DNA of 64,000 bases from Betaproteobacteria bacterium (GTDB lineage Bacteria; Pseudomonadota; Gammaproteobacteria; Burkholderiales; Methylophilaceae), in contig VGIC01000004.1 in the NCBI GenBank assembly GCA_016867975.1, positions 11,252-75,251 of the forward strand. The letters are read 5' to 3'. The notes under the pieces were generated by a model. That model was not told where the DNA came from and made no database searches. It saw nothing but the letters and a program-made list of their open reading frames with translations. Positions 44,774 to 54,125 of this stretch are shown here, one piece after another. Numbering within the stretch: the first letter of the stretch is position 1; every line of letters starts with the position of its first letter. A program made the translations under genes and the position numbers.

Positions 44774-45472
44774 TTAAAAACTCAGCACCAAAGTTGAAGA
44801 GGCCACATGATTTTCCGAGTCAGGCTTACCGTGTTGATTCACATACTGATTTAAATAACCGACCTCAAATTTAACATCAGGCTGAAACGCCCAGTTGACG
44901 CCCAGAAAGGCACGATTCTGATCAAAACCACGACGCGCGCCGTAATCGGTATCGTTTAAATTGATGAAATACTCATCATACGCAACCCAGTGCAACTTGG
45001 GGCTTATGGCAGAAGGCATGGTCAGGCGGATCATCTGCCGAATTTTATGTCCGGTTTCATGGGAGTTCTCGATAAAGCGCTGCTCCAGACGGGTGCGGCT
45101 CTGAATCGACAGCGAACCTACTGGCTCAAAATTATGCAGCAGTTGCTGCCACACACGATTTTCCTCAAAGGATGGCTTACTATTCGGATGTGTCGTCACA
45201 TGCGCATAACCCAGCCACAAGCTGGTTTGTTTGTTCAAAGCATAAAAAACCGCCGGGCGAATAAGCAGTTGATCAAAATGGCTACCTTCTTCACGCCAGC
45301 GCGGCTGCAGTTCGGCATACCAGCGCCAGTTTTCCAGCGGCAACGCACCGGTTGCATTCACATTCAGCCAAAAACGACCATCTTCTTCAGTATCGGCATT
45401 AGCCTGCGTACTGAGTAATAACAAAAAAAATAACATTCGCGCACTAAACATAAAGCGCATAAGTAACTCCAA
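44774..45472 (-). CDS. DUF2490-family outer membrane beta-barrel
   Basis: ENRVWQQ, RTRLEQRF, YDEYFINL..GFDQNRAFLG and EVGYLNQ motifs; terminal Phe. Confidence 0.85.
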   Translation of the reverse strand: MELLMRFMFSARMLFFLLLLSTQANADTEEDGRFWLNVNATGALPLENWRWYAELQPRWREEGSHFDQLLIRPAVFYALNKQTSLWLGYAHVTTHPNSKPSFEENRVWQQLLHNFEPVGSLSIQSRTRLEQRFIENSHETGHKIRQMIRLTMPSAISPKLHWVAYDEYFINLNDTDYGARRGFDQNRAFLGVNWAFQPDVKFEVGYLNQYVNQHGKPDSENHVASSTLVLSF

Positions 45473-45502
45473 AACAAAGCCGATTATTGTTCCTTAAGGA
45501 TA

Positions 45503-47041
45503 TTAAAACCCTAATAAGGTCAATTCCGTATAGAAGAAATCAGAATCCATATCGCGGTCTGCCTGACCAGCAACCTTTCTTGAAATGGTTTTAACAAAAT
45601 CTTCCGCCCAGAAGTGGGCGTAGCCCAAGTTAAGCGATGCGTATTGGTTGATTGGGAAGCGCACGCGCAAGTCGAACTCTTTACCTAGATCCTTGCCACT
45701 CTTGCCTGTCTGGTCGCGCAGGTTGGCACCAGCATTCCAGCGATCAGTCGCGCTATCCAGTTGAAACCAGCTAAAACCGGTATCTACTTTCACGTTATCC
45801 AGAAAGGCTATTTTAGGGTCAAACTCCAACCGTAATTTGGGCGTACGGATATTTTCCATCTGGATGTAATCATCGTTTGACCAAGGGCGGGCAAAACCGA
45901 ATAACCGTTCAAAGCGTTGGTGCTTGCCATCATTCGGGTGCTTGTCACCGTTGACCACGCCATAGAAGGCACTCAAGCGCGGTTTCCATGGGTACTTGAA
46001 GCTGTAGCCAATCTCGGCGTTGTAGGCATAGGCGTCGTGATCCAGTTCAGCAATGAATGCGCCAGCATTGCTCAATTCGTCCTGATGCCCCCATTGTTTA
46101 ATATAGCTAACGTCATAATCAAATCCGCTTTTACCAACCATGCCGTAGGCACGCAAACCGGCAGTATGAATCTCACGGTCAATTTTAGTGTTAGCCGCAG
46201 CAGCTTTGCCGTTGCTGTCGTATTTCACCTCGTCGCCATCCTGCTTCAGCAACAGATAATAAGGTTCTAGTGTGACCGTTTCCGACCAGCCGCGCCAATT
46301 ACCAATCACACCGTAAAAGTCCTGCGCATGGTCTACTTCATCCAGCCGCGTGGTAAAGCGTTGCACCGGTTTCACCGCGAGCAGTTCCAATTGCCAGTCA
46401 TTCTTCTTGTCTCCTATCTGCGCCCTTAGCCCTTGAAAGGTGTTGGTGGTGTTACGCCACTCATTGCGCGCAATCAGGCGGCGGTCTATGGCTTCCCAGG
46501 CGTGGCGCCCGGCACGTACCCAAACAGGGCGTGCGTTACCAAGATCATCTTTCCCTAGAAAACTCTCTTTAAAGTTAAGCTCCAGATAGCCTTGCAGAAT
46601 ATCGGCTTGGTCGATATCGCGTGTGTCGTATTCACGGGTATAGTCGCCATGGTTGCGGCGAGAGTCTTGCACTTCGATAGCAAATCGCAATGGATCGAGA
46701 GTATTCTTCACCCCCAGATAAGCGCGGGTGCGTTGCAACAATAGCTCGTCGATGTTTTGATCTGCACGGCGAAAATCATTATCGCGGCGCTCAAAACGCG
46801 CACGGTATTCCAGCCCCACATCCAGCCAATCCACATCGGCAAAAGTGTCGTAATCTTTCAGCCAGGTCTTGTTCGCCTGCTTTACATAGCGTGGCGGCTC
46901 AGTCTCTTTCTGTGTGCCATAACTTTTACGTTCGACGTAATAATCCTGACGCTCCAACTGCCCAGCAGCATCCTCTGCGGCAATAACGCCTCCGCAGACC
47001 AATAACCCTATCAGTGCAAACCAATTACGATACATAAGCAT
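45503..47041 (-). CDS. Alginate-export (AlgE-like) family outer membrane beta-barrel
   Basis: Signal peptide, LEYRARFE, RAGRH..DRRLIARNEWRNTTNTFQG, FGFARPWS, GKEFDL and terminal Phe. Confidence 0.8.
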   Translation of the reverse strand: MLMYRNWFALIGLLVCGGVIAAEDAAGQLERQDYYVERKSYGTQKETEPPRYVKQANKTWLKDYDTFADVDWLDVGLEYRARFERRDNDFRRADQNIDELLLQRTRAYLGVKNTLDPLRFAIEVQDSRRNHGDYTREYDTRDIDQADILQGYLELNFKESFLGKDDLGNARPVWVRAGRHAWEAIDRRLIARNEWRNTTNTFQGLRAQIGDKKNDWQLELLAVKPVQRFTTRLDEVDHAQDFYGVIGNWRGWSETVTLEPYYLLLKQDGDEVKYDSNGKAAAANTKIDREIHTAGLRAYGMVGKSGFDYDVSYIKQWGHQDELSNAGAFIAELDHDAYAYNAEIGYSFKYPWKPRLSAFYGVVNGDKHPNDGKHQRFERLFGFARPWSNDDYIQMENIRTPKLRLEFDPKIAFLDNVKVDTGFSWFQLDSATDRWNAGANLRDQTGKSGKDLGKEFDLRVRFPINQYASLNLGYAHFWAEDFVKTISRKVAGQADRDMDSDFFYTELTLLGF

Positions 47042-47148
47042 TCATCCGATACTGGGCTAATCATAGCAAACTTGGCACCTCCTGCTAAATAATAATTAAG
47101 CATTTACTTATGGAAGCACGGAATAAGGTTCCATATGCAATCGGCAAT

Positions 47149-47169
47149 AAAAAACCCCGCAATTGCGGG
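47149..47169 (-). terminator. Intrinsic terminator after the OprO/P porin
   Basis: CCCGC-aatt-GCGGG followed by GTTTTTT on the minus strand. Confidence 0.65.
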
Positions 47170-47247
47170 ATAAAGAGGGAGTTTGTAAACCTTTTATTGG
47201 AATGAATTTGTCGTTCTAAATGTGCAATTCACATGCCTTTTACACGC

Positions 47248-48627
47248 CTAGAAAGACAAATCCCACTGCGCCCATAGGCGTGTTTCATCATCTCTCTTTT
47301 TAGAGGTCGTAGTTGTTGCAGGGTCTTCCACCGTCAATCGACTGGCTTGCAGACTAATCTTATTGTTATGCCCATCGAAGAAGTAATTGACCACAGCACT
47401 CAATTCTTTTTGCTTGTCATTATCTCGGTCGGTATCCATATCCACAACGGCATAACGCGCTGCGATTTCTAGCTCTTTTGGAATGCCTGAAATGATGCCG
47501 TGAGGAAAATAACCTGCCTGCACAAAACCACCCAATAATTTGACCTCTTCATCAAAGTTCAAAGTATCTTTGATTTTCTTGGAGTGCAATTCATGCAAGA
47601 ATGAAAAGCCTTTATATTTAAAACTAACTTCTCCCAGCATTTGGTCGATCTTATATTGTCCAGGTGCAGGTCTCTTTGCAGAATCTTTATCATTTGGATC
47701 TTTATATCTGCTATCTTTTAATACCCTGCAACCGTCATTTGCTGTCTCAAATGCCGTACATTTGCTTTGGTTAGTATTGGCAGCAATCGAGATATTTAAA
47801 TGCGGCTCTTCGCTGAAGTCGGTATCCGATTGGTCCCATTTCATTTCTCCGCCCATGGCATTCCATTGCAGGCGACCGGAATACATCATATTGTCATCGT
47901 CATTATCACGCTCACCCACGCCCACGCCAGTGAAAGCACCCACGTAGTAGGTCATATCTACAGGCGTACCAGCAAACAAATTACCTTTAAGCTCAACACC
48001 TTGTTGACGATCGACCGTGAAAATATCGTTGACGATAGAACGATTGACAAACTGTTGTGCACCGGATGAAGCCACACGCTCGTTGTTGTACGAGACTTTG
48101 CCACGCCCAACACGCAACTGCGCCCATTTATATTTGTCCACCGTCAGTGATAAATCACGCAGAACCGGTTGTGACCAATCATACTGCATGTAGTATTTAA
48201 TCCAGGGTACAAACGCGTGGCCCTTCAATTTGGTACGCGCACGGCGAATCATAAAGGAATTGGTGTCTGCATCAAGATCTTTCGTTGTGCGTGGGTCTTT
48301 ATCAAACGGTTCTGCATACCTAAATTGTATTCTATTCTGGATAGCCAGTGAAAACTTGTCATCTTCGGTCCCAAATTCGAAACCACTCTTACCATAACTG
48401 ACACTCGCCGGCGCATACCCTTTCTTAGGCTCCTTTTTCTTGTTGCTAGCAACTTCGCCCCCATGCCCCTTCATCAACAACGCACCTTCCTCTTCAGTCA
48501 ACACCCCTTTAGCCACCAGCGCCTGAACCAAATCGCTCGTAGTGTCAGCAGATGACTGCGTACCAAACCCCATCATCACTGAACCTGCAAGCGCTGCTGC
48601 CAACATGCCATGTAGTTTGTAGCTCAT
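47248..48627 (-). CDS. Phosphate-selective porin, OprO/OprP family
   Basis: LVQALVAKGVLTEEE N-terminus, RIQFRY, IRRARTKLKG, FVNRS and RQQGV motifs; upstream Pho box. Confidence 0.85.
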   Translation of the reverse strand: MSYKLHGMLAAALAGSVMMGFGTQSSADTTSDLVQALVAKGVLTEEEGALLMKGHGGEVASNKKKEPKKGYAPASVSYGKSGFEFGTEDDKFSLAIQNRIQFRYAEPFDKDPRTTKDLDADTNSFMIRRARTKLKGHAFVPWIKYYMQYDWSQPVLRDLSLTVDKYKWAQLRVGRGKVSYNNERVASSGAQQFVNRSIVNDIFTVDRQQGVELKGNLFAGTPVDMTYYVGAFTGVGVGERDNDDDNMMYSGRLQWNAMGGEMKWDQSDTDFSEEPHLNISIAANTNQSKCTAFETANDGCRVLKDSRYKDPNDKDSAKRPAPGQYKIDQMLGEVSFKYKGFSFLHELHSKKIKDTLNFDEEVKLLGGFVQAGYFPHGIISGIPKELEIAARYAVVDMDTDRDNDKQKELSAVVNYFFDGHNNKISLQASRLTVEDPATTTTSKKRDDETRLWAQWDLSF

Positions 48628-48686
48628 TTAAATTCCCTCTTGTTTTAAGTAGTGATTTACTGCATTTTAAATTTTGAACTGCCTGT

Positions 48687-48704
48687 GTGACAATTTGATG
48701 ACAA
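48687..48704 (-). promoter_or_regulatory. Pho box upstream of the porin
   Basis: TTGTCAT-caaa-TTGTCAC on the minus strand, 11-bp periodicity. Confidence 0.8.
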
Positions 48705-48754
48705 AAAGCAATTTGCTCACAAACCCTGACTAAATGTTGCTTTTTTGCAACAAC

Positions 48755-48788
48755 AAAAAGCCGCCTGTCGTTTCCGGCAGGCGGCTTT
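48755..48788 (-). terminator. Intrinsic terminator after lysS
   Basis: AAAGCCGCCTG/CAGGCGGCTTT stem with a U-tract. Confidence 0.8.
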
Positions 48789-48815
48789 CTAAATGGGACT
48801 GCTGCGATGTAAGAA

Positions 48816-50351
48816 CTAAGCTTCAGCGCGCATATGTGGAAACAGAATCACATCACGAATACTTGGGCTGTCGGTGATCATCATCACCAAACGGTCGATA
48901 CCGATCCCGCAACCGCCTGTCGGTGGCATGCCATATTCCAGCGCGCGAATAAAGTCTGCATCGTAATACATCGCTTCTTGGTCACCCGCCTCTTTTGCTT
49001 TCATTTGTGCATGGAAGCGTGCTGCTTGGTCTTCGGCATCATTCAGCTCGCTAAAACCATTGGCGATCTCACGACCACAGACGAATAATTCGAAACGCTC
49101 GGTGATTTCCGGGTTGGCATCCGAGGCACGCGCCAAAGGTGACACTTCCACCGGATAATCAATGATATAGGTCGGGTTCCATAATTGCGCTTCGGCGGTT
49201 TCTTCAAACAAGGCTAATTGCAAGGCGCCTAAACCGGCATGGTCAAACGGTTTGGTGCCGAACTTCATGATTTCTTTACGCAGGAAAGCTTCATCATGCA
49301 ATTGCTCTAAGGTATATTGCGGTGCATATTTCTGAATCGCCCCCACAATGGTCAAACGCTCGAACGGCTTGCTTAAATCCAGCTCACGCCCCTGATACTG
49401 CAACACGGCAGAACCGGTGGCCGCAATGGCTGCGGTACGGATACAACGCTCGGTAAAGTCCATCAGCCACAGGTAATCGGTATAGGCCGCATAGAATTCC
49501 ATCATGGTGAATTCTGGGTTATGACGTACGCTTAAGCCTTCATTACGGAAGTTACGGTTCACCTCAAACACACGCTCAAAACCGCCAACGACCAAACGCT
49601 TTAAATAAAGCTCAGGCGCAATACGCATGAACATCTGCATATCCAGCGCATTATGATGCGTAATAAATGGCTTGGCCGATGCACCGCCCGGAATCGGGTG
49701 CAGCATGGGCGTTTCTACCTCAAGGAATTGATTCTCCAGCATAAACGCACGAATGGCAGACACCACTTTACTGCGCGCAACAAAGGTTTTGCGTGTTTCT
49801 TCAGACACAATCAAATCCACATAACGCTGACGGTATTTCACCTCTTGGTCTTGCAGTCCGTGGAATTTTTCTGGCAATGGGCGCAATGACTTGGTCAATA
49901 AGCGCAATTCAGACACTTTGACGGAAAGTTCGCCTGTTTTGGTTTTAAACAACACGCCCTTGGCCGCGATGATGTCGCCTAAGTCCCAGTGTTTAAAAGC
50001 CTCATAAAGCGCTTCACTATTCTCACCCGCCAAGTTGTCTTTAGAAATAAACAACTGAATACGGCCAGTACTGTCTTGCACGGTGGCAAAGCTGGCTTTA
50101 CCCATCACGCGCTTGAGCATCATGCGGCCGGCAATACTCACGTGCACGGCTTTAGGGTCTAAGATTTCGTTTTCAAAACCACCAAATTCGGCATGCAGCA
50201 CCGCTGCTTGTGAGTCAGGCTTGAAATCATTAGGAAAAGCCGCGCCGCCATTTGATTTAGCGTGTTCACGTATTGTTTTTAATTTTTCGCGACGCTCGGC
50301 AATGACGTGGTTTTCATCTATGGGCTGTGGAGTTGTTGATTGTTCAGTCAT
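48816..50351 (-). CDS. lysS: Lysyl-tRNA synthetase (class II)
   Basis: [38 protein letters not shown] and GIGIDRL motifs. Confidence 0.98.
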   Translation of the reverse strand: MTEQSTTPQPIDENHVIAERREKLKTIREHAKSNGGAAFPNDFKPDSQAAVLHAEFGGFENEILDPKAVHVSIAGRMMLKRVMGKASFATVQDSTGRIQLFISKDNLAGENSEALYEAFKHWDLGDIIAAKGVLFKTKTGELSVKVSELRLLTKSLRPLPEKFHGLQDQEVKYRQRYVDLIVSEETRKTFVARSKVVSAIRAFMLENQFLEVETPMLHPIPGGASAKPFITHHNALDMQMFMRIAPELYLKRLVVGGFERVFEVNRNFRNEGLSVRHNPEFTMMEFYAAYTDYLWLMDFTERCIRTAAIAATGSAVLQYQGRELDLSKPFERLTIVGAIQKYAPQYTLEQLHDEAFLRKEIMKFGTKPFDHAGLGALQLALFEETAEAQLWNPTYIIDYPVEVSPLARASDANPEITERFELFVCGREIANGFSELNDAEDQAARFHAQMKAKEAGDQEAMYYDADFIRALEYGMPPTGGCGIGIDRLVMMITDSPSIRDVILFPHMRAEA

Positions 50352-50390
50352 TTTTTTAAGTGTTTAATTTCAAAGGTTAAATTAACAAAA

Positions 50391-50490
50391 TTTCGTTTGC
50401 ATTCCTGCTCAGACAAGGCGGAGACACGCAGACAGTACGCATTGTACGGCAAGTGGCGACAACACCGTATGAGCGGGAATGAAAGCGTAA
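50391..50490 (+). repeat. Palindromic element (AAGGCG core) between prfB and lysS
   Basis: Arms CATTCCTGCTCA/TGAGCGGGAATG with imperfect extension; core CAAGGCGG-N6-GCAGACAGTACG-CATT-GTACGGCAAG-N6-CAAC. Confidence 0.7.
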
Positions 50491-50491
50491 A

Positions 50492-51596
50492 TCATACGCC
50501 CTGCTTCAAACTTTCAGTAACAAATGGGTCAAGGTCACCATCCAGCACCCCTTGGGTATTGCCAATCTCCACGCCTGTGCGTAGATCCTTGATACGTGAC
50601 TGATCGAGCACATAAGAGCGGATCTGATGCCCCCAACCGATGTCGGTCTTGGCATCTTCCAGCGCTTGTTTTTCTGCGTTGCGCTTGTTCAGCTCAAGGT
50701 TATACAGCGCACCTTTCAGCATATTCATGGCTTCGTCTTTATTGCGATGTTGTGAACGGTCGTTTTGACATTGCACTACCACACCAGTTGGCAAGTGCGT
50801 GATACGCACCGCTGAATCGGTTTTGTTAATATGCTGACCGCCTGCGCCACTGGCGCGATAGGTATCGATACGCAGATCTGCCGGATTAATTTCAATCTGA
50901 ATTGAATCATCCACCTCCGGAAACACCTGCACACTGGCAAAACTGGTATGCCGTTTGGCGTTCGAGTCAAACGGCGACTTACGCACCAGTCGATGCACAC
51001 CATTCTCGGTGCGCAGTGTGCCATAGGCGTAATCGCCCGACACCTTGATAGAGGCGCCTTTGATACCAGCGACATCGCCTTCAGACTCTTCTAGCACCTC
51101 GACCTTGAAGCCCTTGCGCTCGCAGTAGCGTAAATACATGCGCAACAGCATATTCGCCCAGTCTTGCGCTTCCGTACCGCCACTGCCAGACTGAAATTCT
51201 ACAAAGCAATTGGCAGAGTCTAGCTCTCCAGAGAACATACGCCTGAACTCCATTTCGGCGATTTGCTTCTCAATAGCGATGGAATCTGCATCAACACTGA
51301 ACAGTGTCTCATCATCATTCTCTTCACGCGCCATTTCAAAGAGTTCTTGCGCATCTTTCAGGCTAGACTGCACCCCGATCAAGGTGCCCACAATCGTCTC
51401 TAACTCCCGCTTTTCTTTACCTAGCTTCTGACTTTTAGCGTTATCGTCCCAAATCTTAGGGTCTTCTAAAAGACCATTCACTTCTTCTAGGCGCTGACTT
51501 CTAGCTTCAAAGTCAAAGATACCCCCGAAGGGCGTTGTTGCGATCACCTAAATCGTTGATGCGATTGGCGATGATATTGAGTTGTTCTGCTTCCAT
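50492..51596 (-). CDS. prfB: Peptide chain release factor 2, translated via a +1 frameshift
   Basis: ATG at 51596 gives [27 protein letters not shown] then CTT TGA C; the +1 frame continues DFEARSQRL with SPF and GGQ motifs. Confidence 0.97.
51512..51526 (-). promoter_or_regulatory. prfB programmed +1 frameshift cassette
   Basis: Internal SD GGGGG, 3 nt, then CTTTGAC. Confidence 0.95.
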
Positions 51597-51652
51597 AACC
51601 GATTGAGCTTAATCACTAAACCCAGCATTATACATCAAGTGCTTATGCTCAC

Positions 51653-52066
51653 TTAGCTGGCTTGAGCATTCACCACTTCGCCATCTTCTTTAGTAAAAGT
51701 ACCAATGTTAGGATTCTCCAATATCGACAGCACCAACTCGGAAGGGCGACACAGCTTAACGCCTTTAGCAGTCACGACTATCGGGCGGTTAATCAGTATC
51801 GGGTGTTGCAACATGACAGCAATTAATGCCTCTTCAGACAGACTCGGATTATCCAACCCAAGCTCGGCAAAGGGCGTACCTTTTTCGCGCAAGATATCTC
51901 TGGCATTAACGCCCATGGCGGCAATCAGCTCTATCAGACGCTCTCGACTAGGTGGTGTCTTCAAGTACTCGATGACCTCTGGCTCCACACCGCTCGCATG
52001 AATCATAGCTAGGGTGTTACGTGAGGTGCCACATGCCGGATTGTGGTAAATCGTGACCTTGTTCAT
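51653..52066 (-). CDS. arsC: Arsenate reductase, glutaredoxin-dependent ArsC family
   Basis: TIYHNPACGTSRN, ILREKGT, HPILINRPIV and LCRPSE motifs; start placed at MNKVT. Confidence 0.93.
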   Translation of the reverse strand: MNKVTIYHNPACGTSRNTLAMIHASGVEPEVIEYLKTPPSRERLIELIAAMGVNARDILREKGTPFAELGLDNPSLSEEALIAVMLQHPILINRPIVVTAKGVKLCRPSELVLSILENPNIGTFTKEDGEVVNAQAS

Positions 52067-52191
52067 GTGATATATTCCTTTGATTGATATGTTTCGACAA
52101 TTTAACCTCAATGTAAAACAACCTGATGGATAATCTACGATTAAATCCGATTAAACACTCACAGATTTTGCGTTAGGCGATTAAACTTGTA

Positions 52192-52220
52192 CTGTCATAA
52201 AAATGTAATAAATTAGCAAT
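52192..52220 (+). promoter_or_regulatory. Pho box array upstream of DUF47-pit
   Basis: CTGTCAT-aaaa-ATGTAAT-aaat-TAGCAAT, half-sites at 11-bp spacing. Confidence 0.7.
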
Positions 52221-52273
52221 ATAATAAATCTGAAATGTAATAAATCAGAAATTATTTAGGGAGATTAAACACT

Positions 52274-52930
52274 ATGGCGAACGCAACGTTAGGCCGCTTG
52301 ATGGCAGCAGTTTCACCACGCAACGACAATTATTTTGTACTATTCAACAGCTTAGCAGATTGTGCGGTGAAGGGCTCTAAAGTGTTGGCTTTAATGACCA
52401 GCTTGCGAGATTCAGAAAAATTTGACGAGCACTTTGCAGAGCTCAGAAAAATAGAATCCGAGGCAGATGAGTACACCAAGGAAATTCTGCTGTCCTTACA
52501 TAAGACTTTCATTACACCGTTCGACCGCCGTGAGATCCGTGAACTGGCCATGGCGCTTGATGACATCATCGACTATATGGAAGATATTCCGCAAAGTGCA
52601 AAGATCTACGGTCACACTGCATTCACACCAGAAATGGTTGCACTGGCCCAGATTCTGTTGCGTGCATCTGAAAAAGTGCGTGAAGCAGTCAACATGCTGG
52701 CAGACATGAAAGATGCAGGGCGCATCCTGCGTACCTGTGAAGAAATCAGCGCCATTGAAGGTGAAGCTGATCATGTCATGCGAGCCGGCATGCACCGTTT
52801 GTTTGAGGAAGAGTCAGACGCGCGCACCTTGATTCGATCTAAGGAACTCTACGATATTTTTGAAGAGGCAGTAGACAGCTGTGAAGATGTGGCCGATGTG
52901 ATTCACGGCGTAGTGTTAGAGCGAATTTAA
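52274..52930 (+). CDS. DUF47 / PhoU-like Pit accessory protein
   Basis: IESEAD, LHKTFITPFDRREI..LDDIID, EGEAD and LE..VD.CEDVAD motifs. Confidence 0.92.
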   Translation: MANATLGRLMAAVSPRNDNYFVLFNSLADCAVKGSKVLALMTSLRDSEKFDEHFAELRKIESEADEYTKEILLSLHKTFITPFDRREIRELAMALDDIIDYMEDIPQSAKIYGHTAFTPEMVALAQILLRASEKVREAVNMLADMKDAGRILRTCEEISAIEGEADHVMRAGMHRLFEEESDARTLIRSKELYDIFEEAVDSCEDVADVIHGVVLERI

Positions 52931-52940
52931 GGGGCACGGT

Positions 52941-53942
52941 ATGGATCACGCAATTCTCATCATGGCCTTGCTAGTGATGGTTGCCCTCATATTTGACTTT
53001 ATGAATGGCTTCCATGATGCAGCGAACTCTATCGCACTCATGGTCTCCACACGCTTGCTGACCCCGCAAGCGGCCGTAGCATGGGCTGCTTTCTTTAACT
53101 TCATTGCATTCTTGTTCTTTGGTCTGCATGTTGCCGATACCATTGGCAAAGGCATTATCGATCCCCATATCGTCAATAACGCCGTGATATTTGGGGCACT
53201 CGGTGGCGCCATTGCCTGGAACGTTATCACGTGGTGGTTTGGCATTCCCTCTTCATCGTCACACGCTTTGATTGGTGGCTTACTCGGTGCCGGCGTGGCG
53301 CACGCAGGGACCAAGGGCATTATCATTGGTAGCAAGCTCATCACCACCGGTGTTGCGATTGTGCTATCGCCTTTGTTCGGCATGCTACTGGCGATGGTGC
53401 TATCAGTGCTTTTGTTATGGGTATTTCAGAAGTCATCCCCATACAAAACGGAGAGTCGCTTCAATAAGCTACAGTTCATCTCGTCCTCTTTATTCAGCTT
53501 GGGACACGGCGCAAACGATGCACAAAAGACCATGGGGATTATTACTGTTTTACTATTCGCCAATGGTTATCTTCAAGGTGATTTCCACGTGCCATTTTGG
53601 GTGGTAATTTCATGCCAGCTTGCTATGGGACTTGGCACGCTAATGGGTGGCTGGCGTATTGTACGCACGATGGGCATGGGCATCACTAAAGTGCGCCCAA
53701 CTGGTGCTTTTTGCGCACAAACTTCCGGTTCCATCGCCTTGTTCTTAGCCACATCACTGGGCATCCCGGTCTCTACCACACACACCATCACTGGTGCGAT
53801 TGTAGGGGTAGGCGTGTCGCGACGTGCTTCTGCAGTGCGCTGGGGATTAGCATCCAGAATTGTCTGGGCTTGGGTGCTCACGATCCCTTGTGCAGGGCTG
53901 ATCGCTGCGATGACTTATCATCTAGGTCGCAGTTTCTTATAA
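52941..53942 (+). CDS. PiT-family inorganic phosphate transporter
   Basis: GFHDAANSIA, PSSSSHALIG, GHGANDAQK and PVSTTH motifs. Confidence 0.95.
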   Translation: MDHAILIMALLVMVALIFDFMNGFHDAANSIALMVSTRLLTPQAAVAWAAFFNFIAFLFFGLHVADTIGKGIIDPHIVNNAVIFGALGGAIAWNVITWWFGIPSSSSHALIGGLLGAGVAHAGTKGIIIGSKLITTGVAIVLSPLFGMLLAMVLSVLLLWVFQKSSPYKTESRFNKLQFISSSLFSLGHGANDAQKTMGIITVLLFANGYLQGDFHVPFWVVISCQLAMGLGTLMGGWRIVRTMGMGITKVRPTGAFCAQTSGSIALFLATSLGIPVSTTHTITGAIVGVGVSRRASAVRWGLASRIVWAWVLTIPCAGLIAAMTYHLGRSFL

Positions 53943-54088
53943 CCGCACTCAAAAATCTCCTTACAAAAGGGCTCGACTCGAACTTTTTTTTATGCGGTCG
54001 AGAACAGAACACTAGGCTTCAGCTACGCAGAAGAAAGAAACTCGCCAGCCGGGCGAGAGCAGCAAAAAGCAAAGCCACCCATACTCCA

Positions 54089-54118
54089 TAGGGCAGACTG
54101 CAAACGAGTCTGCCCTAC
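54089..54118 (-). repeat. GTAG-type REP-like hairpin
   Basis: Minus strand GTAGGGCAGACT-cgtttgc-AGTCTGCCCTA, just past the glmM stop. Confidence 0.6.
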
Positions 54119-54125
54119 GCGGGCT

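Noticed and set aside
45503-47041. Alginate biosynthesis
   Set aside because: Only the barrel family is present; no alg8, alg44, algK or algD-like genes in the window.
47060-47085. Sigma-54 promoter for the AlgE-like gene
   Set aside because: GG-N10-GC spacing exists on the minus strand, but the TGGCAC element does not match.
50492-51547. prfB ORF starting MIATTPF
   Set aside because: It is the post-frameshift frame; the real start is 51596.
51653-52066. Arsenic-resistance island
   Set aside because: Single arsC with no efflux pump or adjacent regulator; the ArsR at 24192 sits in a sulfur context.
54015-54080. CTCGCC-AGCCG-GGCGAG hairpin resembling a known proteobacterial repeat tail
   Set aside because: Resemblance is from memory only and there is no second copy here.
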